From IMG/VR virus record IMGVR_UViG_3300047372_000605, positions 1 to 64,000 of that record: 64,000 nucleotides of DNA. One strand, written 5' to 3'. Below, in pieces: positions 39,823 through 49,219 of this stretch (position 1 is its first letter; each line of letters opens with the position of its first letter). The translations under genes were made by a program, and so were the position numbers. The notes beneath the pieces are model-generated. The model had not been told where the DNA came from. It made no database searches and was given only the letters and a program-made list of their open reading frames with translations. The stretch is from a virus.

Positions 39823-40688
39823 AACAAGCAGTATTAAGTTTAAGTGGTGGAATGGATAGCAGTACACTATTACTTCACCTATTAGCAAACGATTATAAAG
39901 TAACAGCTCTTAGTTTTGATTATGGTCAAAAACATAGAGTTGAATTAGAAAGAGCACAACAATTAGTAGATTACTTAAATAGTAAAGCAAGTGAAACTTT
40001 AGCTAAAAATGATTTAGGAGAAACTATTAAACATAATTTTGAGCCTATTACATATCAATCTATTAAATTAGACGGTTTAACATCACTATTAGATTCAGCT
40101 TTAGTAGAAGGTGGAGATGATGTTCCTGAAGGACATTATGAAGAAGATAATATGAAAGCAACAGTAGTGCCTAATAGAAATAAAATATTTTCATCACTAA
40201 TACAATCTGTAGCATTATCAATTGCTAACAAAACAGAATCAGCGGTAAAAATAGCAATGGGTATTCATGCTGGAGATCATGCAATTTATCCTGATTGTAG
40301 ACAAGAATTTAGAGATGCAGATTATAAAGCATTTTCGGAAGGTAACTGGGAAGCATCAAGGGTATCATTATACACACCATATTTAAATGGAGATAAATTT
40401 GATATTTTAAAAGATGGAGAAGTATGTTGTAAAGAATTAGGGATTGATTTTAATGAAGTATATAAAAGAACTAATACATCATATAAACCAACAGCTGAAG
40501 GATTATCAGATTATAAATCAGCATCTTCAGTAGAAAGGATAGAAGCATTTTTAAAACTAGGTAGAAAAGACCCTGTCATATATGTAGATGGTTGGGACAC
40601 AGCAAAATCTCATGTTGAAAAATTATTAGCCGATCATGCAAATAAGCCTAACATGAATGATACTATCGACATGGTAAATAATATGTAA
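39819..40688 (+). CDS. queC: 7-cyano-7-deazaguanine synthase
   Basis: SGGMDS, FDYGQKH..E, VPNRN, YPDCR.EF; the C-terminal Cys zinc ligands appear replaced by Ser (TSY...KSASS.ER). Confidence 0.92.
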   Translation: MKQAVLSLSGGMDSSTLLLHLLANDYKVTALSFDYGQKHRVELERAQQLVDYLNSKASETLAKNDLGETIKHNFEPITYQSIKLDGLTSLLDSALVEGGDDVPEGHYEEDNMKATVVPNRNKIFSSLIQSVALSIANKTESAVKIAMGIHAGDHAIYPDCRQEFRDADYKAFSEGNWEASRVSLYTPYLNGDKFDILKDGEVCCKELGIDFNEVYKRTNTSYKPTAEGLSDYKSASSVERIEAFLKLGRKDPVIYVDGWDTAKSHVEKLLADHANKPNMNDTIDMVNNM

Positions 40689-40689
40689 T

Positions 40690-40845
40690 ATGAAGCAACC
40701 AGACGCAAAAAAGCATCAAGTAATAAGTTTTATAAAATCAGGAATTCGTATCTTAGGATATGGATTTCTTGTAATTAATTTGCCTATTGCAGTAATTTTA
40801 CTTATATTAAGTGAAGCAGTAGGAATAATAGAAGAATTAGTATAA
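40690..40845 (+). CDS. Small membrane protein (51 aa, absent from the ORF track)
   Basis: MKQPDAKKHQVISFIKSGIRILGYGFLVINLPIAVILLILSEAVGIIEELV; TAATG overlap with queD. Confidence 0.7.
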   Translation: MKQPDAKKHQVISFIKSGIRILGYGFLVINLPIAVILLILSEAVGIIEELV

Positions 40846-41309
40846 TGGGAAAATTTCAATCAAGTAAAGTTTTTGACGGGTTTAGTACAGTGTTTCGTCA
40901 ATGGAAAGCTGAAGATACACACTGTAGGTTTTTACATGGGTATGGTATTTCATTTAAAGTATATTTTGAAGGTGAATTAGATGGTAGAAATTGGGTTTGG
41001 GATTTTGGAGGAATGAAAAGAGCCAAAACTAAAATTGATGGTAAATCTCCTAAAGAATGGTTTGATTTTATGTTTGACCATACTGTAATAATAGCAGAAG
41101 ATGACCCAGGAATGGGTGGTTGGGAAACAATGAATAAATTGGGAGTTATTCAATTAAGAGTTATTGAAGCAACAGGAGCAGAAAAATTTGCAGAGTTTAT
41201 CTTTAATAAAGTAAATGATTTTGTCCATGAAGAAACTGAAGGTAGAGTAAGAGTTACTAAGGTTAAATTTATGGAACATGGTAAAAATGCAGCTTACTAC
41301 TGTGAATAA
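40845..41309 (+). CDS. queD: 6-carboxy-5,6,7,8-tetrahydropterin synthase
   Basis: [20 protein letters not shown] motifs. Confidence 0.9.
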   Translation: MGKFQSSKVFDGFSTVFRQWKAEDTHCRFLHGYGISFKVYFEGELDGRNWVWDFGGMKRAKTKIDGKSPKEWFDFMFDHTVIIAEDDPGMGGWETMNKLGVIQLRVIEATGAEKFAEFIFNKVNDFVHEETEGRVRVTKVKFMEHGKNAAYYCE

Positions 41310-41316
41310 AAAAATA

Positions 41317-41401
41317 GGAAAGATGGCAGAGCGGTCGAATGCGCTGGTCTTGAAAACCAGTTTACTGAAAAGTAACGGGGGTTCGAATCCCTCTCTTTCC
41401 G
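41317..41401 (+). tRNA. tRNA-Ser (UGA)
   Basis: GGAAAGA/TCTTTCC acceptor stem, CTGGT-CT-TGA-AA-ACCAG anticodon arm, long variable arm, GTTCGAATC; no encoded CCA. Confidence 0.95.
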
Positions 41402-41408
41402 CAAAAAT

Positions 41409-41479
41409 TACCGGGTCGTCTAGTGGCAGGACATTTGGTTTTGGTCCAGAGAACGGAGGTTCGAATCCTTCCCCGGTAA
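41409..41479 (+). tRNA. tRNA-Gln (UUG)
   Basis: TACCGGG/CCCGGTA acceptor stem, TTTGG-TT-TTG-GT-CCAGA anticodon arm, GTTCGAATC. Confidence 0.9.
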
Positions 41480-41488
41480 CTATTAAAT

Positions 41489-41565
<77 letters not shown>

Positions 41566-41579
41566 CTAAAATTAAATAA

Positions 41580-42350
41580 ATGAAAAGAATAGAAGATTAT
41601 AATAAAGTATTACCAGTTTTAGAAGTATATAGGTGTGTACAATCAGAAGGATCTAGATTTGGTAGACCTACAATAGCAGTTAGAACAACAGGTTGTACTC
41701 ACAGATGCTATTTTGGAGAAGGTGGTTGGTGTGATTCTTGGTATACAAGTATACATCCAGAAAAAGGTACATTTACATTTAATGATATTATTAAAATATA
41801 TGATGATAATCCTCATGTAAAAGAAATGATGTTAACAGGTGGTTCACCTACAATGCACCCTGCTTTAGTAAATGAAATAACACACTTTGCAAATGAAAGA
41901 AATATACTTGTTACAATTGAAACTGAAGGTTCTCATTTTCTTGAAACCGATTATCCCTTGGATCTTATTAGTCTTAGTCCTAAGTTTTCTAATTCAGTTC
42001 CTGTAATAGGAGCTATTACACCTAATGGAGCAGTAGCAGATGAAAGAATGATTAAAGTCCATAACAGACTTAGATTAAATAAAGAAGCTATAGGAAAAAC
42101 AATTGCATACCATAAAGACTATCATTTTAAACCAGTATGGGATGGCACAGATAAAAATTTAGAAGAAATAGAGGCATTTAGAGTTGAAATGGATATACCA
42201 AAGGACAAAACATTTATTATGCCAGCTGGAGATACTAGAGAAACACTAATAAAAATGTATCCTTTAGTATTTGAATTATGTGCTGAAAAAGGATATAATA
42301 TGACAGGTAGAGACCATATTATAGCATTTGATACAGAACGAGGTGTCTAA
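41580..42350 (+). CDS. queE: 7-carboxy-7-deazaguanine synthase (radical SAM)
   Basis: QSEG...G.P...VR..GCTHRC......WCDS, TGG.P, ETEG, LSPK. Confidence 0.9.
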   Translation: MKRIEDYNKVLPVLEVYRCVQSEGSRFGRPTIAVRTTGCTHRCYFGEGGWCDSWYTSIHPEKGTFTFNDIIKIYDDNPHVKEMMLTGGSPTMHPALVNEITHFANERNILVTIETEGSHFLETDYPLDLISLSPKFSNSVPVIGAITPNGAVADERMIKVHNRLRLNKEAIGKTIAYHKDYHFKPVWDGTDKNLEEIEAFRVEMDIPKDKTFIMPAGDTRETLIKMYPLVFELCAEKGYNMTGRDHIIAFDTERGV

Positions 42351-42477
42351 GGAGGAAGCATTAGAAATATTAGAAGAAATAAAAGAAAACGTAAACGTTT
42401 GTTGTGCCATTACTATGGAACCAGACGAAGTATTAGATTTAATAGAAAAATTAGAAGAATATTTAAGAAATGAATAA
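42343..42477 (+). CDS. Small acidic protein (44 aa, GTG start, absent from the ORF track)
   Basis: MSKEEALEILEEIKENVNVCCAITMEPDEVLDLIEKLEEYLRNE fills the gap and overlaps both neighbours. Confidence 0.55.
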   Translation: MSKEEALEILEEIKENVNVCCAITMEPDEVLDLIEKLEEYLRNE

Positions 42478-43045
42478 AATAAAAATAACATTAATTTTAA
42501 TACTTAGCAGTGTTTTAAATTATAGTCAAGTAATAAAAACTGACATATTTACAGTTAAATATTCTGAAGAATATCAACAACCAATTTGGTTAGAATATAC
42601 AATACAATGCCCAAACGGACACGCTGAAAGAACAGGTATGAATTTTTGGGTACCTAAAGGGGTAAAAACATCAGATGATGCAGATTATGTAGATAATATT
42701 TACGATAAAGGTCACTTAGCACCTGCGGCAGCATTTAACTGTGATAAAGAAACCCTACTTAAAACATTTTCATACTTAAACTCAGCTTTACAACATGAAG
42801 GACTAAACAGAGGACAATGGGCAAGACTAGAATCATTTGAAAGAAGTTTAGCTAATTTCTTTGATAAAGAAGTAAAAGTAAGAGTAGATGTCTTATTCGA
42901 AGGTAAATTAAAAAAGGTAAAAGGTGGAGCTACAATACCTAGTGGCTTTAGAAAAACAATAATAATGGGAGATATTAAAAAAATATTTGAATTTCCAAAC
43001 GCCGATACAAAAGGTACAAGTTGGATAGAATATCTCAAAAAATAA
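42470..43045 (+). CDS. DNA/RNA non-specific endonuclease (NucA-like) with a signal peptide
   Basis: YDKGHLAPAA, TF...N...Q...LNRG.W..LE; hydrophobic N-terminus. Confidence 0.88.
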   Translation: MNKIKITLILILSSVLNYSQVIKTDIFTVKYSEEYQQPIWLEYTIQCPNGHAERTGMNFWVPKGVKTSDDADYVDNIYDKGHLAPAAAFNCDKETLLKTFSYLNSALQHEGLNRGQWARLESFERSLANFFDKEVKVRVDVLFEGKLKKVKGGATIPSGFRKTIIMGDIKKIFEFPNADTKGTSWIEYLKK

Positions 43046-43051
43046 AAAATT

Positions 43052-43207
43052 ATGAAAGTAACAAATTTATGGAATAAACTTAGAATATTAAGTGGTAATA
43101 TTTTAGAAATTAAGATTAGGATAAGTAAATTTATAATATTAGATTTATTTGTAAGTACAAACAGATTTAAATTAATGATTTTAAATATTGGATTTGAAAG
43201 CAAGTAA
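43052..43207 (+). CDS. Small hypothetical protein (51 aa, absent from the ORF track)
   Basis: MKVTNLWNKLRILSGNILEIKIRISKFIILDLFVSTNRFKLMILNIGFESK; A-rich AAAAATTATG start context. Confidence 0.55.
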   Translation: MKVTNLWNKLRILSGNILEIKIRISKFIILDLFVSTNRFKLMILNIGFESK

Positions 43208-43763
43208 AATATTACTTATACTTTTAGTTTTAATAGGTTGCAATAAAGAAGATGAAGATGGTTATAGAGTTTATACTATAGATAGAGGTAACCATTACTC
43301 AGATGGCCCTATAGATAAATTATTTGGTAATAATAATAGAGCTGAATCATGGGAATGGGAAGTTATATTTGAACCATCTTGTATTTACTCAGAATCAGAT
43401 TTATTTAATCCCTCAAATTATTTAGACGTTAATAAATTAATAGGTTTTTCAGATTGTGACAGACACCATTCTCAATATTCATGTAGAATAGGTTGGAGAG
43501 CATCAGGTGATTCTATTGAATTACTAATATATAAGAGGGATGATAATAATATAGAATTTAAATCCCTTAAAAAAGTATACCCAGACCAAATAGTAAACGT
43601 TACTTTAGATTTTAAAGACACTATTTACACATCTTGTATAGATGGAACTTGTGATACGTTAATAAGACCTTGTCCAGATTGGTCAGGTAGAAAATATTCA
43701 CTGTTTCCATTCTTTGGTGGTCAAGAAACGGCACCACATAAAATGAAAATTAGAATAAAATGA
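43188..43763 (+). CDS. Predicted lipoprotein
   Basis: KILLILLVLIG-C lipobox followed by NKEDED. Confidence 0.7.
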   Translation: MDLKASKILLILLVLIGCNKEDEDGYRVYTIDRGNHYSDGPIDKLFGNNNRAESWEWEVIFEPSCIYSESDLFNPSNYLDVNKLIGFSDCDRHHSQYSCRIGWRASGDSIELLIYKRDDNNIEFKSLKKVYPDQIVNVTLDFKDTIYTSCIDGTCDTLIRPCPDWSGRKYSLFPFFGGQETAPHKMKIRIK

Positions 43764-44197
43764 AAAAATACAATGTAGATTGGGATGAAATAAAAGCTTT
43801 AGTATTCAGGCTATCCCATAAAATAATTACCAACGATTTAGAATTTAAAAACATATATGGTTTACAAAGAGGAGGTTTAATACCTGCAGTAATGTTATCT
43901 CACCAATTAGGAATACCTATGGCTAAAGGTGATATAGGACCTGACACTTTAATAGTAGACGATATTTGTGATAGTGGAGAAACACTAGATAATTTAGTAA
44001 AAAAATATCAAACATTATATTCTTACCCATTTAACCTTAAAACAGCAGTTTTACATTATAAACCTCATACTTCATGTTTTGAACCAACTTTATATGCCGA
44101 AAAATGGAATAAGGATGTTTGGTTAATATATCCTTGGGAAAAAGAAGATTCAGAAGCTATACAAGATTACAAAGTAAAAGTTGGAGAATTGCAATAA
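43760..44197 (+). CDS. Purine phosphoribosyltransferase (Gpt/Xpt-like)
   Basis: RGGLIPA, LIVDDICDSGET PRPP-binding loop, W..YPWE. Confidence 0.88.
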   Translation: MKKYNVDWDEIKALVFRLSHKIITNDLEFKNIYGLQRGGLIPAVMLSHQLGIPMAKGDIGPDTLIVDDICDSGETLDNLVKKYQTLYSYPFNLKTAVLHYKPHTSCFEPTLYAEKWNKDVWLIYPWEKEDSEAIQDYKVKVGELQ

Positions 44198-44211
44198 TTT
44201 TATTATATTAA
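44180..44211 (+). promoter_or_regulatory. Bacteroidota sigma-A-like promoter
   Basis: GTTG-N20-TATATTAA upstream of folE. Confidence 0.5.
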
Positions 44212-44226
44212 CGTAAAAATTAGTTA

Positions 44227-44922
44227 ATGGAGAACAAACGAAGAAAAATACACGAGGAGTTAGAAGTAGTAAAAGAAGGTTTTGCAAACGGAGTTGCACC
44301 TGGTTTTCCACTCCCACAATCTGAAAAAGATAAGATGATAGATAAAGCAGAATTGGCGTATGGTCAATTTTTAGATGCTTTAAAATGTGATTGGAGAAAT
44401 GATCCAAATTCAATGGAAACACCTAGACGTGTAGCTAAAGCTTATGTTAATGATTTATGGGCGGGTAGATACACAGCAATGTCTCCTATTACATCTTTTC
44501 CTTCTGATGGTTATGATGGTATTATTATAGAAAGAAACATACCTTTAACATCAATGTGCTCTCATCATCATCAAACAATTGGAGGTGTAGTTCATATTGG
44601 TTATATAGCAGGAGAAGGTGGTCAAGTAATTGGGTTATCAAAACTAAACAGAATTGTAGAATTATTTGGTAGAAGAGGAGCAATACAAGAGCAACTAACC
44701 TCAGCAATTCATAATGCCGTATCTAAAATTACAGAAGGTAATAAAGGTGTTATAGTTACAATAGTAGGTACTCATAATTGTGTTAGTTGTAGAGGAGTAA
44801 AACATCAAGGAGCAGCCATGGTTACAACTAAAGCTTCAGGTGTGTTTAGAGAAAACGATAATTTAGCTAGAAAAGAATTTTTTGACAGCCTAAAGATTAA
44901 CAACGGAGGGCATAATATATAA
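44227..44922 (+). CDS. folE: GTP cyclohydrolase I
   Basis: ETPRRVAK, SMCSHH, GLSKL.R, QEQLT, H.CVSCRG. Confidence 0.95.
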   Translation: MENKRRKIHEELEVVKEGFANGVAPGFPLPQSEKDKMIDKAELAYGQFLDALKCDWRNDPNSMETPRRVAKAYVNDLWAGRYTAMSPITSFPSDGYDGIIIERNIPLTSMCSHHHQTIGGVVHIGYIAGEGGQVIGLSKLNRIVELFGRRGAIQEQLTSAIHNAVSKITEGNKGVIVTIVGTHNCVSCRGVKHQGAAMVTTKASGVFRENDNLARKEFFDSLKINNGGHNI

Positions 44923-44925
44923 ACA

Positions 44926-45567
44926 ATGAGTAAACAAAGAACATTAAATGAGCTGAGACAAACTAAGGATGCACATTATATTCCAAAGTATGATCCTCAA
45001 ACAGGAGATAAAAATCCTCATTATAAAGAACTAACAGGTGAAGAACTTGAAGAGATGATGAATGAAACAGATGCACCTCCAGGAGTTCAATTTGTAAATG
45101 AAGTAGAAATATTTAATGCCACATTTGGTAAACCAAACAACTATGTCCCAACAATCCCAGAAAAGAAAGAAACAGATTTCGTCTACGACTTTTGTATCGA
45201 AGAAATCACAGAATATCAAGAAGCTTGCAAAAACGGAGACATCGTGGAAATTTTGGATGCTATTTGCGATATTGCTTATGTTACCTTGGGGAATGCCACT
45301 ATGTTACATGGCCTTAAAGATAAGATTTGGCCAGCGTATAAAGAAGTCCAGGCGTCAAATATGTCTAAGTCTTGCAAAACTGAAGAAGAAGCAGCACAAA
45401 CTGTCACTCAAAGAGCTAAGGAACAAGGTGAAGAATGCCATTTTGAAAAAGTAGGAGATAGATATGTTGTATACAGAACAAGAGACAGAAAGGTTATGAA
45501 ATCTATTAACTATTTTAGACCAGATTTAAAGCAGTTTTTCACTGAAGAGGAATTAAAAAATGTTTAA
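44926..45567 (+). CDS. MazG-like all-alpha NTP pyrophosphohydrolase
   Basis: EEITEY...EILDAICDIAYV...EVQASNMSK pattern. Confidence 0.8.
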   Translation: MSKQRTLNELRQTKDAHYIPKYDPQTGDKNPHYKELTGEELEEMMNETDAPPGVQFVNEVEIFNATFGKPNNYVPTIPEKKETDFVYDFCIEEITEYQEACKNGDIVEILDAICDIAYVTLGNATMLHGLKDKIWPAYKEVQASNMSKSCKTEEEAAQTVTQRAKEQGEECHFEKVGDRYVVYRTRDRKVMKSINYFRPDLKQFFTEEELKNV

Positions 45568-47236
45568 AAAAGCATTTGCACGAAGAATAGGAGGAAACAA
45601 ACATTTAATACATCTTTGGACTGACACAGGTTATGAGAAAGTTGAATGGACAAACTTTGCCTATAAAGAATGCAGTGAAGCAGATGCTGATTATATAGGT
45701 TTAAATGGCGAACCACTAAGAAAGACTAGTAAATGGGGTCCTGATGATTCAGGACTCCATTTTCATGACATGAAAGCATATCAAAAATTCTTAATTGAAA
45801 AATATGGTACTAATGATGAACCATCTACTACACACAGAGAATTATTTTTTGATATTGAAACTGAAATGGGTGATGCTTTAACACCTGAATACATTCAAAA
45901 TGCACCTAAAAAAGTTACATCTATAGCTTGGTATGATAAACAAGTAGATGAATGGGGTATATTAATTTTAGATACTAAAAACCAATTAGAACATACTAAA
46001 GCTAGAAACAAAGAAATTACACCTTGTAAAACCGAAAGTGATTTACTAGCTAAATTCTTAGAAAAATTTAGAGAAATCGATCCTGATATTATAATAGGAT
46101 ACAATAGTGATTATTTTGATATACCATACCTATACTACAGAATGTGTAATGTATTAGGTGAAGATTGGGCTAGACATTTATCTCCTATTGGTTATGTAAG
46201 AGAAACACCTTGGTTTAAAGACCAATATATTCAAATAGCAGGTGTTGAATCTCTTGATTACATGCGTTTACATAAAAAGTTTAGTTGGAAAGATGAACCA
46301 TCATGGAAATTAGATGCTATTGGAGAAAAATATGCAGGTATAAATAAAGTTGAATATGAAGGTAATTTAGATTCTTTATTTGAAAGTGACATAAATAAAT
46401 TCATCCAATATAACTTTGTTGATGTTGAAATACTAGTTGAATTAGATAAAAAATTAGAATATTTAGCTTTAACTAAAAATCTATCACATAAAGGTAAACA
46501 TAACTATAGTGAGGTATATGCTAATACAAATACCCAAGATGGTGCTATTTCGGCTTACTTATTATCCCAAAATATTATCCCACCTGCTAAAGACAAAGAC
46601 TTAAAAGCAGAAAAAGGATATGCTGGAGGTTATTTATTTTGCCCTAAAGCAGGAATATACAACTATATGTTTGATGAGGATTTAACTTCACTATATCCCT
46701 CAATTATTATGTCTCTTAATATAGGTAAAGAAACATTAAAAGCAAGAATCATAGATGCTGATGATAGAAATAATAGATTAGGATTAAATGATTTAAAAGC
46801 TAAAGACCCAGATAGTACTATTATTATTAAAAACCATAAAGGCAAACGAGCTGAAGTTACAATAGCTAACCTATTAAAATTTATAGAAGGAAATCAATTT
46901 ACTATATCAGCTAATGGTACTATGTTTGCTACAAATAGACAATCAGTACTATCAACTATACTAGCTAAATGGTTTGGTGAAAGAGTATTATATAAAGGTA
47001 AAATGAAAAAAGCATACCAAGCTAAAGATAAAGAAGCAGGAGCTAAATATCATTTACTACAATATACAATGAAAATTTTATTAAATAGTTTATATGGTGC
47101 AACAGCATTACCTAGTTTTAGATATGGTAATGTTAATTTATCAAAAGCTATAACACTTTCAGGACAAAGAATTATTCAAGAATCAGCTTTAATAGCAAAT
47201 AAAAAAATGAACGAGGAGATAAAAAATGTTAAGTAA
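45560..47236 (+). CDS. Family B DNA polymerase, N-terminal part (3'-5' exonuclease, motifs A and B)
   Basis: FDIET, GYNSDYFDIPY, YNFVD, DLTSLYPSII, KILLNSLYG; stops before motif C. Confidence 0.92.
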   Translation: MFKKAFARRIGGNKHLIHLWTDTGYEKVEWTNFAYKECSEADADYIGLNGEPLRKTSKWGPDDSGLHFHDMKAYQKFLIEKYGTNDEPSTTHRELFFDIETEMGDALTPEYIQNAPKKVTSIAWYDKQVDEWGILILDTKNQLEHTKARNKEITPCKTESDLLAKFLEKFREIDPDIIIGYNSDYFDIPYLYYRMCNVLGEDWARHLSPIGYVRETPWFKDQYIQIAGVESLDYMRLHKKFSWKDEPSWKLDAIGEKYAGINKVEYEGNLDSLFESDINKFIQYNFVDVEILVELDKKLEYLALTKNLSHKGKHNYSEVYANTNTQDGAISAYLLSQNIIPPAKDKDLKAEKGYAGGYLFCPKAGIYNYMFDEDLTSLYPSIIMSLNIGKETLKARIIDADDRNNRLGLNDLKAKDPDSTIIIKNHKGKRAEVTIANLLKFIEGNQFTISANGTMFATNRQSVLSTILAKWFGERVLYKGKMKKAYQAKDKEAGAKYHLLQYTMKILLNSLYGATALPSFRYGNVNLSKAITLSGQRIIQESALIANKKMNEEIKNVK

Positions 47237-47489
47237 ACAATCCATAAGAAAAGAACACATTATACTTTTAAATAGAGTAAAAATGTCAAAAGATGAAATC
47301 ATAGAAATATCTAAAGATTTCACAGAACCTGAAGAACAACGATTTAGAAAAATATTACAACAAGGTGGTAAAATTTCTATTCAAGGTAAAAAATTTGAAA
47401 TAGTAAAAGATTTAAAAGACTATGCTAGAAATAGTAAAGGTGAATATGAAGCTCCAGCTAAACCTCATAGAAACGAAGACTGGGAATGA
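47226..47489 (+). CDS. Hypothetical 87-aa protein between the polymerase halves
   Basis: Overlaps the upstream stop by 11 nt and the downstream start by ATGA. Confidence 0.65.
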   Translation: MLSKQSIRKEHIILLNRVKMSKDEIIEISKDFTEPEEQRFRKILQQGGKISIQGKKFEIVKDLKDYARNSKGEYEAPAKPHRNEDWE

Positions 47490-48463
47490 AGCATTTAGAA
47501 GACACACCATGGTGGATATGTGATCCTGAAGATACTAACTATTGTGCTTATGTAGACACAGATAGTAATTATTTTCATGCTGAACCTTTATTAAGACATA
47601 GATTTCCTAATTTTGATGGAATGTCTGATAAGGAAAAGGATACTGAACTAGAAAAAATTGCCCTAGAATATCAAGATATTATTACAGACCATTACAATAA
47701 TGTAGCTAAGGACGTTTTTAATATAAATCAATTTGAATGGTTTGATAAGCCACATTGGTTAGAAATGAAAACTGAATGTGTAATAAGATCAGCTTATTTT
47801 AGAGCAACTAGAAGGTATGCACAATGGATCACTAAACAAGAAGGTGTTGAAAAAGAAACACTTGATATTAAAGGTTTAGAGTTCCAAAAATCTAATTTTC
47901 CACCTATACTAGGTAAATTCTTTAATGATGTTTTAGTAGACGTTTTAAAAGGTGAAACACAAGATGATATAGATGCTAGAGTAAAAACATTTAAAAAGCA
48001 AGTATTAGATGGAACCATACCATTAACAGATTTAGGTAACCCAACATCAGTAAAACAAATAGGTAAACATCAAGGCAAACCAGCCAGAAAAGGAGAAATG
48101 TTATCAACATTTAATCATGTAGAAAATAAAGTAGGCAGAAAATTAGGTGCACCTGCAGCAGTAAAAGCAGCTATTAGATATAACGATTTACTTAGATTTT
48201 GGAAATTAGATAGCAAATACGAATTAATTACCAATGGTACTAAAATAAAATGGATTTATCTTAAAAATAACCCATATCAAATTGAAGAAATAGCATTTCT
48301 AGATTATGATATGCCAGAAAAAATTCGTACATTCATTGAGCAGTATGCTGATAGAAAAAAAGTATTTGAAAGTATTTTATTAAATAAATTAGAGGGATTC
48401 TATGGTGATTTAGAATGGAACTTAAACTTAAACCCCTACATTAATCAATTTTTTGACTTATGA
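47486..48463 (+). CDS. Family B DNA polymerase, C-terminal part (motif C, thumb)
   Basis: YVDTDS, RRYA, KGLE; ends NQFFDL (clamp-binding-like). Confidence 0.9.
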   Translation: MKHLEDTPWWICDPEDTNYCAYVDTDSNYFHAEPLLRHRFPNFDGMSDKEKDTELEKIALEYQDIITDHYNNVAKDVFNINQFEWFDKPHWLEMKTECVIRSAYFRATRRYAQWITKQEGVEKETLDIKGLEFQKSNFPPILGKFFNDVLVDVLKGETQDDIDARVKTFKKQVLDGTIPLTDLGNPTSVKQIGKHQGKPARKGEMLSTFNHVENKVGRKLGAPAAVKAAIRYNDLLRFWKLDSKYELITNGTKIKWIYLKNNPYQIEEIAFLDYDMPEKIRTFIEQYADRKKVFESILLNKLEGFYGDLEWNLNLNPYINQFFDL

Positions 48464-49200
48464 TAAGTAAAACACAATTACAATCAATAATATCTAAATA
48501 CCATTTAGGTGAAATAGAACAAATCAAATGGGAAATCGAAGACAACCATTTACAAATAAATTTTATAGCACCATCAAATATGGTATTAGGATCAGTTAAA
48601 TGCAACGATTTCCAAATGCAAGATGCAGATTTAGCTATATACAACACAAAAAAATTAGCTAATTTAATTTCAATATGTAGTGGGGATTTAGTATTAGATT
48701 TAGAAAGACAAAGAGAAATAATTACTAAATTAAAAATAGCTGATTTGAACTTTAATTTAGAATATGCTTTATCAGATCCTTTATTAATCAAAAAAGTAGG
48801 TAAAGCTAAACCAGTAGATAGTTGGTATGTTGAACTACAATTAAGTAGTGAAGAAATATCTAACATATTAAGAGCTAAAAGCGCTATGTCAGAAGTAGAA
48901 CAATTTTTAGTTACCACTACAAAAGATTTAGATAATATGGATGTATGTGAACTTATATTTGGAGATGAAATAGGTCACAACAATAAAATATCATACCAAT
49001 TACAAGGTACGATAAATAAAGAATTTATGAAAATAAAATATAACTCTAATATGATGAAAACTATATTAAATGCAAATAAAGATATGGATGAAGGTACATT
49101 CAAAATATCTAATGCAGGTTTAATGTATTTACATTTTACAGATGGTGTTATAGAAAGCGAATATTACATGGTTCCTACAGAGGACGGTATTATTTCTTAA
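48460..49200 (+). CDS. Sliding clamp (gp45/PCNA-like)
   Basis: 246 aa, coupled to the polymerase gene; C-terminal IS..GLM...F......YY pattern. Confidence 0.65.
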   Translation: MISKTQLQSIISKYHLGEIEQIKWEIEDNHLQINFIAPSNMVLGSVKCNDFQMQDADLAIYNTKKLANLISICSGDLVLDLERQREIITKLKIADLNFNLEYALSDPLLIKKVGKAKPVDSWYVELQLSSEEISNILRAKSAMSEVEQFLVTTTKDLDNMDVCELIFGDEIGHNNKISYQLQGTINKEFMKIKYNSNMMKTILNANKDMDEGTFKISNAGLMYLHFTDGVIESEYYMVPTEDGIIS

Positions 49201-49219
49201 TTTTCATATATTTATAGAT

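Noticed and set aside
47231-47491. Group I intron, intein or gene-60-like ribosomal bypass joining the PolB halves (AAG before the stop matches AAG at 47489)
   Set aside because: No intron core or intein termini; the 255-nt gap is far longer than the T4 gene 60 bypass and lacks a take-off hairpin; the gap holds a coupled ORF and part 2 has its own ATG. Not formally excluded without RT-PCR.
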